This document shows positions 53,634-60,327 of a stretch of DNA of 60,327 bases, in pieces. The DNA is from Candidatus Omnitrophota bacterium. Lineage in GTDB: Bacteria > Omnitrophota > Gorgyraeia > S143-82. The notes under the pieces were generated by a model. It had not been told where the DNA came from. It worked only from the letters and a program-made list of their open reading frames with translations, and made no database searches. A program made the position numbers and the translations under genes. The first letter of the stretch is position 1. Each line of letters opens with the position of its first letter. The stretch covers positions 69,553-129,879 of the forward strand of contig WGBD01000011.1 of assembly GCA_015494465.1 (NCBI GenBank). The letters run 5' to 3'.

Positions 53634-54905
53634 CTATTTTCCCCGACCAACACAGATTAGCCCAAAAGCAGAAAAGTTAATCTTTGATAAGAACAATACC
53701 ATTATAGCAATTAAGATATGTTCCAAAAATGCACTTCCCACACCAACAAAGACAAGAGGGATATCTGCAAAATATAATGCCAAAACAAAATAAAAGATAC
53801 TTTTTGTTTTTCTCAACCCATTGACCGCCCACCTTAGAAAGAAACCCTTTATTGCCGCAGCTATTCCCAAATAAAAGATTGCAAAAACACCAAAGTCAGC
53901 ATATACACGGCCTAACAATCCAAAGCTCGGATCCCCAACATTCTTAGCAAATTTTTCAGGATAAATAGCTCTTGCTAACCGAAAAGACCCAAAAGATCTA
54001 GGCTTATCTTTCCAAAATTTCCTTGGGATTTTGCTAATAAAATTATCTTCTAAGAGCAACCTGCCGTAAAAATGATTGTCAAAATAATAATCGTAATTAT
54101 CCAACAACTTAATAGCATTTCTCGTGTAATCGGAATAAGAACTAATGGCTTTCAAAAAAACACCAATGTCGTGTATTCTATGGAAAGTAACCTTAAACGA
54201 TAAAAGAATAATCATTGCTCCTACCACCAAATAAACCAAAGCTCTTAGGAAACCAATAGAGCAATCCTCCACATAGGCTCTATAAAGTAGGAATAAAAAA
54301 AATAAAGAAACAATGACCGCTTTGCTTCCGTATAAATATGCCAAGGGAAAAGACAAAAAAAACACTATCAACTTATAAATAAATCTCTTAGAGGCATAAA
54401 GGCCAAATATGAAGCCTATTTTTAGAAAAAGGATTGATGGATAGTAAAAAATTCCCCATCCGCTCCGGGTACGTATATATATTTCCCTTGGGGTCAAAAG
54501 ATATTGTTTAAAACTTGTTATCACAGGGTAGTACCACAAAAGAGCTAGAAAAATAAAAAGCAAAGATAATAAAAAAAATCGAGATAGATCAAAATCATGG
54601 CGTAACTCAGTTCTCACATGGAACAAACGTATTCTCGTAAAAACAGGTAGCAATCGTACATTTAGACGATATGACAACATCCAAATAGTAAAGTAAATAC
54701 TATAACAAAGATAGACATACACATAACCAAAACTGTAATTTATCGTACCACCCGTAACATAAGCATATAGAACCGGTAATAGATAGTTCGCAGACAAAAA
54801 AATAAACAAAGAAGGGAAGAATATATGAATAAACTTATGCTCCCATCTTGCAATGAATAGGTAACAAGCTAAAATAAGAAGAAACGAAAAGAAAATCAGC
54901 TCCAT
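53634..54905 (-). CDS. wzy: Wzy-type oligosaccharide repeat-unit polymerase (polytopic membrane protein)
   Basis: 423 aa with more than 10 hydrophobic segments and a larger loop near the C-terminal third. It sits between glycosyltransferases in a Wzx-containing cluster. There is no strong motif, so the call rests largely on context. Confidence 0.5.
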   Translation of the reverse strand: MELIFFSFLLILACYLFIARWEHKFIHIFFPSLFIFLSANYLLPVLYAYVTGGTINYSFGYVYVYLCYSIYFTIWMLSYRLNVRLLPVFTRIRLFHVRTELRHDFDLSRFFLLSLLFIFLALLWYYPVITSFKQYLLTPREIYIRTRSGWGIFYYPSILFLKIGFIFGLYASKRFIYKLIVFFLSFPLAYLYGSKAVIVSLFFLFLLYRAYVEDCSIGFLRALVYLVVGAMIILLSFKVTFHRIHDIGVFLKAISSYSDYTRNAIKLLDNYDYYFDNHFYGRLLLEDNFISKIPRKFWKDKPRSFGSFRLARAIYPEKFAKNVGDPSFGLLGRVYADFGVFAIFYLGIAAAIKGFFLRWAVNGLRKTKSIFYFVLALYFADIPLVFVGVGSAFLEHILIAIMVLFLSKINFSAFGLICVGRGK

Positions 54906-55024
54906 ACCATAGACTCCTAATTCATTGGCAGACTCCCATTAAAACTACACCTCAGGTATTCAATCCGTAGCCCACAGAGATTAAAGCTATCTCACCAATT
55001 CTGTATCCTGCATTAATTAAAAGA

Positions 55025-56218
55025 TTACGAATCAGAGCTATAATTTAGTCTAGTATATAAGCGAATATACTCTTCTACTATTAACTCTTTTCGAAATTTT
55101 TTAGAAAGCTCGATAATTTCCCCTTTAGGAAAGAATTCAATACGAGAGATAATTTTCTTCAATTTTTCCTCAAAGTCACCTTTCCGGTCGGGATCAAAAA
55201 TAAATCCAGTCTTTCCTTCTTTCACTAACTCCGGTAACCCTCCTCGATTCGATACAAGTACAGGGATACCATAAGAATAAGCTTCCGGAACAACTCTCCC
55301 GAAAGGTTCGTTCCATAAAGAACCTACCAATAGGATATCTATTTCCTCATAGATCCTTTTAGGATTCCTAACTCCTCTAAATTCAACATTGGCTAAAGAA
55401 TATTTAGCTTTTAACGCTTTTTCGTATTCTTGCGTTATGCCTCTGCCATAAACGAAAAGTTTAATATCCGACAATCCCAATTCTCTGAAACATTTTAAAA
55501 CAAATTCTGTCCCTTTAGCAGGGGATATAATACCAACTAATCCTAGAACAATTTCTTTTGTTTTTTGTGTTTTCAAACTAGGAGATTTACTCGAGACTAT
55601 AGGATTATATATAGAAAGTTTGATACTAGCATTCTTAAAATACCCAAGTGTTAAATGCTTTTCCAAAACAAAATTGCTAATACCCACCACAGCATCAACA
55701 TATCTGTTTGAGAATATTTTTTTCGGCATAGCATATACCTTGCAGATACCGCATTGACTTACACAGTTTTTTCCATCTTTAAACATTGTAGACCTAGGGC
55801 ATAACAAGTAATAATCTCTTATCGTATGCAGCACTTGATACCCCAACTCTTTCGCAAGTTTCCATACAATAACAGAAAACCCGGCGAGATTGTTGGTATG
55901 AACAATATCTGGCTTTTCATTGAGCAAAATCTCCTCTATTTTCCTTTTCGCAAAGATGTTATACATATCAATAAAATGCCATATTGGTTTTTTCCACCTT
56001 GGCTGTTCTTTAGCAATCTTCATCCAGTATAAGTTTGGGATTTTCACATAATACACTTTTACCCCGTTAATGCTTTCCACATAATCTTTATTCGAAGTGC
56101 TCACTACAACTGGGGTCATTCCCTTTTTCAACAACCCCTCCGCTAATATTTGGACAGATCTCTCTGCTCCACCAACTAAATTGGGAAAATAAAGAGAATT
56201 AAAAATTAAAATTCTCAT
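55025..56218 (-). CDS. Glycosyltransferase family 4 (GT-B, retaining)
   Basis: C-terminal EPFGRVVPEAYSYGIPVLVSNRGGLPELV (the E-x7-E region). Confidence 0.85.
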   Translation of the reverse strand: MRILIFNSLYFPNLVGGAERSVQILAEGLLKKGMTPVVVSTSNKDYVESINGVKVYYVKIPNLYWMKIAKEQPRWKKPIWHFIDMYNIFAKRKIEEILLNEKPDIVHTNNLAGFSVIVWKLAKELGYQVLHTIRDYYLLCPRSTMFKDGKNCVSQCGICKVYAMPKKIFSNRYVDAVVGISNFVLEKHLTLGYFKNASIKLSIYNPIVSSKSPSLKTQKTKEIVLGLVGIISPAKGTEFVLKCFRELGLSDIKLFVYGRGITQEYEKALKAKYSLANVEFRGVRNPKRIYEEIDILLVGSLWNEPFGRVVPEAYSYGIPVLVSNRGGLPELVKEGKTGFIFDPDRKGDFEEKLKKIISRIEFFPKGEIIELSKKFRKELIVEEYIRLYTRLNYSSDS

Positions 56219-57290
56219 TTTTACCCATAAATCCCTTTAAGCCATCTATAATAGCTTTATCAAAAATTTCCAGATTTTTAGCAGAAAGACTCTTATGTTT
56301 ATCTAAGAATTGAAAAAAACCTAAAATAAGCCTATAAAGGGCCAGGTTAAAAAAATACACCAACGGCATTGTGACTAAGTTTTCTCTCTCAAACAGAATC
56401 CTATTCCTGATAGCATAATAAATTCGCATTTGTGACTTTTCGTGTAGAATAGATAAAAAACTCATACTATTTTGCTCCTTAACATGCCAAGATACATCCA
56501 AATCCTTAATTAGACTACCAAAGACAATAAAGATTTTACCTCCCGCCTTGGTTATTCTATAGGTCCACTCATGATCATCTGAATAAAGAAAGTATTTTTC
56601 TTCCGGAAAACCAATACTTTCTAATAGACACTTATGGAAAAACAATCCACCATATGGAGCAACCGGAACAATTCCCGATGTTATACTTTGTAGGAAGTAT
56701 TCCTTTTGCAAAGATAATGGTTTTATCCTTGCAAAAATTTTGTACGGAATATCAATGAAATGGAACCCTAGAAAACTGTTTTCCCTACCAAGGACCAAAT
56801 AAGGTTTTTTCTGTAAAACCGCCCTTTTGTACACCAATCTACTTATCCGAAATGAGGAAAGGACGACTTCCTTTTCCTTCTCTTGAAATTCCTCAATCGT
56901 ATGCCAAAACTTAAGCAATTCACAAAGAGCTCTTTCATCCGGTTGATTATCATCATCCAACAACCATATAAATTCACACCCTGGATCATTGTAGGCCTTT
57001 TCGAGACCTCTTTTATATCCTCCCGCAGACCCTAAATTCTCAGGCAAATAGACCACCTCAATTTTATTGCCCAGATGTTTTTCTAACTGCTTTATACCCT
57101 GTTTGCTTTCAAAAGAAGAATTATTATCGACAATAATTATTTTGTAAACTTCCTGGGATAATACTGACTCCACTACTTGACTTAGATATTTAAACCTGTT
57201 TCCATAGGTTACAATTACTACACATACATTTGCTCTTATCACTCTAAAACTCCCATTAACTAAATGAGATCGAGAAACAAATGATACCAC
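56199..57290 (-). CDS. Glycosyltransferase family 2 (rhamnosyltransferase-like)
   Basis: VCVVIVTYGNRFKYL...IIIVDNNS...LLDDDN. The track start at 57290 is GTG; an alternative GTG at 57242 has GGGAG 7 nt upstream. Confidence 0.8.
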   Translation of the reverse strand: MVSFVSRSHLVNGSFRVIRANVCVVIVTYGNRFKYLSQVVESVLSQEVYKIIIVDNNSSFESKQGIKQLEKHLGNKIEVVYLPENLGSAGGYKRGLEKAYNDPGCEFIWLLDDDNQPDERALCELLKFWHTIEEFQEKEKEVVLSSFRISRLVYKRAVLQKKPYLVLGRENSFLGFHFIDIPYKIFARIKPLSLQKEYFLQSITSGIVPVAPYGGLFFHKCLLESIGFPEEKYFLYSDDHEWTYRITKAGGKIFIVFGSLIKDLDVSWHVKEQNSMSFLSILHEKSQMRIYYAIRNRILFERENLVTMPLVYFFNLALYRLILGFFQFLDKHKSLSAKNLEIFDKAIIDGLKGFMGKNENFNF

Positions 57291-57387
57291 TCTAATTGGG
57301 CTCTCTAGTCTGAGCTTTCTTACTACTAGCTACAAGGGAACCAACATGCACAATACACGGAAAGAGGTCTAATCCAATAAAGTTTAC

Positions 57388-58035
57388 TCATGTTCTTTTA
57401 GAGCAAACAAATAAATACTGTCTTACCAAAAACTCAGAAAACAAATGAAAAGAAATGGCGTTAACTAAGCACCTCTTAAAATCTAGATTAAACCCAATTT
57501 TTTCCAGCCTAAAACCCGCTTGTTCAAAAAGTGCAACCGCATTCTTTTTACAAAAAAACCTAAGGTGGGATCTATCTAAAATTCCTGCATCAACATATTT
57601 AAAATCCCCTTTTATAACGATTTGATAAAGCGTCTTTATCTCCCTTATGTTTGGGATGGAAGCAATAAGTAATCCATTTCTCTTGATATAACGATGTAAT
57701 TTTTTAACGAACACCCAAGGATCTATTAAATGTTCTAATACATCCGCACATATAACCACATCAAAAAAACCCTCATCGAAAGGTAAATGATCTATCTCTC
57801 GTTCTACATCTCCACAAATAAACTCATCTAAAATCTTATCCTGTCCTAGATCAACCAAATCTATACCTACTATGAAAGACGCTTTTCCCAGGCGCTTCAA
57901 ATGTGCCAGAGTATATCCTGCACCACAACCAATCTCTAATACATTGGAGGTACCATATGGAACGAGACCCACTACATCATTTCTTACATTTGAAAAATAG
58001 GAATTTTCTTTTCCAATATATAATTTCTCTATCAT
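57388..58035 (-). CDS. Class I SAM-dependent methyltransferase
   Basis: Motif I VLEIGCGAGYT and the post-I acidic residue GIDL. Confidence 0.8.
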   Translation of the reverse strand: MIEKLYIGKENSYFSNVRNDVVGLVPYGTSNVLEIGCGAGYTLAHLKRLGKASFIVGIDLVDLGQDKILDEFICGDVEREIDHLPFDEGFFDVVICADVLEHLIDPWVFVKKLHRYIKRNGLLIASIPNIREIKTLYQIVIKGDFKYVDAGILDRSHLRFFCKKNAVALFEQAGFRLEKIGFNLDFKRCLVNAISFHLFSEFLVRQYLFVCSKRT

Positions 58036-58673
58036 GACTTCCTCTCTTGCATACTATTTCTTTTTTTGAGAATTTCATCTAAAATGATAGGATCTAGAGG
58101 ACGATACAACAAATCAATGTTAGCCCTTACAAAAGAATCATCAAGCAACTCTACCAAGTCTATAGAAATTAGCTTATTGATCAAATCCTCGCTAAATCTG
58201 TATCTTACAACCCTTGCTGGATTGCCCGCCACAATAGCGTAAGGAGGAACATCTTTACTCACAACACTACCAGCCCCTACGACAGCACCTTTTCCTATTC
58301 GCACATTAGACAAAATAAGCGAATCCATCCCAATCCAAACATCATCCTCTACTATAATTGAGCCTTTAGACAGAGACTCAACTTTATATCCCATAAATTT
58401 TTTCTTAAATGGGTAAGTAGATATAGTGTCTAGTCTATGATTACCCCCGAGTATAAATTTCACCCCTCTAGCAATAGAAACAAAATTCCCGATTTTAAGT
58501 TCCTCGTTCTCTGTTCCCCATGCGTAAACCGTTAACGGGCCATAAGAATATTTACCAATTCTTACTTTATCTATGGGAAAAATGTTTTCAGGGATAATAT
58601 AATTATGCTTATTTAAAAGCCTAAATCTTATTCTGAAAAGCATAAGTCTAAGATAATAAAGACCTTTTCCCAT
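58032..58673 (-). CDS. Hexapeptide-repeat O-acetyltransferase (XAT/CatB-Vat class)
   Basis: IGKYSYGP...IGNFVSIA...GGNHRLDTISTYPF, followed by left-handed beta-helix hexapeptide repeats (VWIGMDSLILSNVRIGKGAVVGAGSVV). Confidence 0.85.
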   Translation of the reverse strand: MGKGLYYLRLMLFRIRFRLLNKHNYIIPENIFPIDKVRIGKYSYGPLTVYAWGTENEELKIGNFVSIARGVKFILGGNHRLDTISTYPFKKKFMGYKVESLSKGSIIVEDDVWIGMDSLILSNVRIGKGAVVGAGSVVSKDVPPYAIVAGNPARVVRYRFSEDLINKLISIDLVELLDDSFVRANIDLLYRPLDPIILDEILKKRNSMQERKS

Positions 58674-58823
58674 GTCCTACTGTCCTCCCCAGATAGCCCA
58701 AACGCCTTCTTCTAATAGCTAATCCCTGTAGATAGGAAAGTTCTAACTTATTTCCAGATCAAGCTCGGCATTATTTTTTCCCACTTCTACTGTTATTACA
58801 TATAATCGTATTCGTATATCCGA

Positions 58824-60131
58824 CTACCAAATGTCTTTCTTAATAAATCTCATCCAGGATCCAACATTGAATGCATAATAGTACAGCGCTACTGTAAGAT
58901 ATGTCACCGAGATAATTATAGAAACACAGGATCCTACATAAGAAAACCAAGGGACCAATAGGAAATTTAGAAGTAAATCAAATGCCCCTCCAGACACAAC
59001 TAACATTGTGAACAACCTATCTCTTTTCTCTCCAAGAAGCTTGTGGACCGCTGGTACATTTATACCAATTATCAATGGCACAATTGAAAGCAAGCGAATA
59101 CTTTGGGATGTAACATATGAACTATCGCCCACAAATATCTTTGCAATCAAATCTGACCCAAAAAACAACATAACACCTGTAAGTAGCGAAATCGAAGCTA
59201 TAGTAATACCAATTTTTTTAAGAAACCCTTTTACCACAGAAGATATATTTCTCATACTGTACGGATAAATAGCCTGAGATATAGTGCTTGCCAATGAATT
59301 GACCATATCTATTATCTTTTTAGCAATAGAAAAATATCCCACAATGCTATGATCTGCAAATAGTCCCAGTACAACTATCGCATTTTTGTTATACATACTT
59401 ATGCCAACCATGGATACGAATGTATACCAACCTTGTTTCAAATGGTACTTTATACTGGAAAGCTTACACATTTTAAAACAAGCGTCAAATCTAGTAGTTA
59501 TGACCAAAATAGCTCCTATCCCTGCCACAATATAACCAAGAGAATTTATCGAAGGCACATATAGATAATCGGATACCCTGTGCACGAACAGGAAAATCGA
59601 TACGGTAAAGATCAATTTCGCGGTAATGTTTAAAAAAGTTATATACTTCATCCTCTCCATCCCCTGAAAGAACCAAACGGGGAAAAGGGTTTGCCCTATT
59701 ACCATTCCAAATGTCAGATAGTAAACTAACCAATCTCTTCTGAATCTCTCAAAAGAAAAAACAATGGCCGTCATTATGAGGAAAGATAAAATTAAGAGAG
59801 CGCCCTTTATTATCATAACAGAACTGAATATCTCCGAGACCTTTTCTATATTGTCCCGGTGGATTGAAATCTCTCGTGTAGCGGAGAGGTTAAAACCGTA
59901 ATCGGTTAGGATATTGAAATACTGTATAAATGCCTGGGCAAATGCTATTAGACCAAACTTCTCCGGTCCCAATACTCTGACCAAATAGGGCAAGGTGATT
60001 AACGGCAGGATATAGTTTGCCCCCTGTAAGACCGACAAGGAAAAGAAATTTTCTAAGAGCCTTTTTTTATCAGCATCTAGTCTTAATCTTAGAACCTTGG
60101 GCCACATCCTTACGCTCACAGCACTAAACAT
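58824..60131 (-). CDS. wzx: Wzx-type oligosaccharide flippase (polysaccharide biosynthesis protein, MOP superfamily)
   Basis: NFFSLSVLQGANYILPLITLPYLVRVLGPEKFG is a typical flippase N-terminus; about 12 TM segments. Confidence 0.8.
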   Translation of the reverse strand: MFSAVSVRMWPKVLRLRLDADKKRLLENFFSLSVLQGANYILPLITLPYLVRVLGPEKFGLIAFAQAFIQYFNILTDYGFNLSATREISIHRDNIEKVSEIFSSVMIIKGALLILSFLIMTAIVFSFERFRRDWLVYYLTFGMVIGQTLFPVWFFQGMERMKYITFLNITAKLIFTVSIFLFVHRVSDYLYVPSINSLGYIVAGIGAILVITTRFDACFKMCKLSSIKYHLKQGWYTFVSMVGISMYNKNAIVVLGLFADHSIVGYFSIAKKIIDMVNSLASTISQAIYPYSMRNISSVVKGFLKKIGITIASISLLTGVMLFFGSDLIAKIFVGDSSYVTSQSIRLLSIVPLIIGINVPAVHKLLGEKRDRLFTMLVVSGGAFDLLLNFLLVPWFSYVGSCVSIIISVTYLTVALYYYAFNVGSWMRFIKKDIW

Positions 60132-60164
60132 CTCTCTAAAAATGGAGAATTCCGGCCCATATTC

Positions 60165-60327
60165 CTATTTCTCTCCAACTCGGGGCGTAACACTGTCCCG
60201 AATCAACGCTATAAGGATAGACAAAAAGAAGCCTAAAAGGGCCGTAAGCGTAAAAAGAACTCTCCTGTGGGGAGAGATGGGTTTCAATGATACCGAAACA
60301 GGTTGGGTTTCGATGAAGTTGTGGATG
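60165..60327 (-). CDS. Wzz-like polysaccharide chain-length determinant, C-terminal 53 codons (gene begins beyond window end)
   Basis: Own translation of the minus strand: IHNFIETQPVSVSLKPISPHRRVLFTLTALLGFFLSILIALIRDSVTPRVGEK, with the stop TAG at 60167-60165. The Pro-rich segment followed by a terminal TM helix is the usual end of PCP/Wzz proteins. Confidence 0.5.
   Translation of the reverse strand, partial: IHNFIETQPVSVSLKPISPHRRVLFTLTALLGFFLSILIALIRDSVTPRVGEK

Larger units (their letters stand above)
51540..60164. other. Low-GC compositional island carrying the Wzx/Wzy glycan cluster
   Basis: Hand counts of single 60-nt lines give 22% GC at 53221-53280 and 28% at 56281-56340, against 62% at 46021-46080 and 67% at 14461-14520. 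The transition is gradual across the 5' third of gene 50130..51551 and sharper near 60165. Confidence 0.7.

Noticed and set aside
54906-55024. Longer intergenic spacers inside the low-GC island (also 57291..57387 and 58674..58823) as possible small RNAs or gene remnants.
   Set aside because: I found no convincing ORF, hairpin-plus-U terminator or conserved motif by eye. They contain plausible Shine-Dalgarno sequences for the downstream genes and are most simply promoter or UTR spacers.

Overview
This 60,327-bp window reads as a gene-dense chromosomal segment of a diderm bacterium (LptE, two GT9 heptosyltransferase-like genes, a DUF481 outer-membrane barrel, PilT). The taxon cannot be assigned from the sequence alone. 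I call 60 protein-coding genes plus one tRNA-Pro(CGG). Two of the genes are cut by the window edges; I found both by my own translation, and they are not in the ORF track. Every gene is on the minus strand, mostly with 0-40 nt spacers or overlapping stop and start codons. The content is housekeeping genes (hisS, aspS, queA, ybeY, phoH, hflX, yebC, pdxA, aroQ, maf, leuA, leuD, pfk, apgM, glk), a dTDP-L-rhamnose operon (rfbABCD) and two envelope-polysaccharide regions. The right-hand region (about 51.5-60.2 kb) is a conventional Wzx/Wzy-type cluster with sharply lower GC than the rest. The left-hand region (about 8.4-20.2 kb) is the most unusual part. There, a near-consensus sigma70 promoter with an AT-rich upstream tract precedes two adjacent giant genes (1098 and 1683 aa). 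Their products share an unrecognised N-terminal module behind a Sec-type signal sequence. One carries a NadD/cytidylyltransferase-like domain and the other a motif-complete alpha-D-phosphohexomutase domain. They are followed, tightly coupled, by a phosphoglycosyl transferase, an unknown polytopic membrane protein, a lipoprotein, a GT9 and, further on, a GGDEF-PilZ protein. I do not recognise this architecture as a described system; it needs database and structure searches I cannot run. I saw no CRISPR array, transposase, integrase, rRNA or prophage signature.
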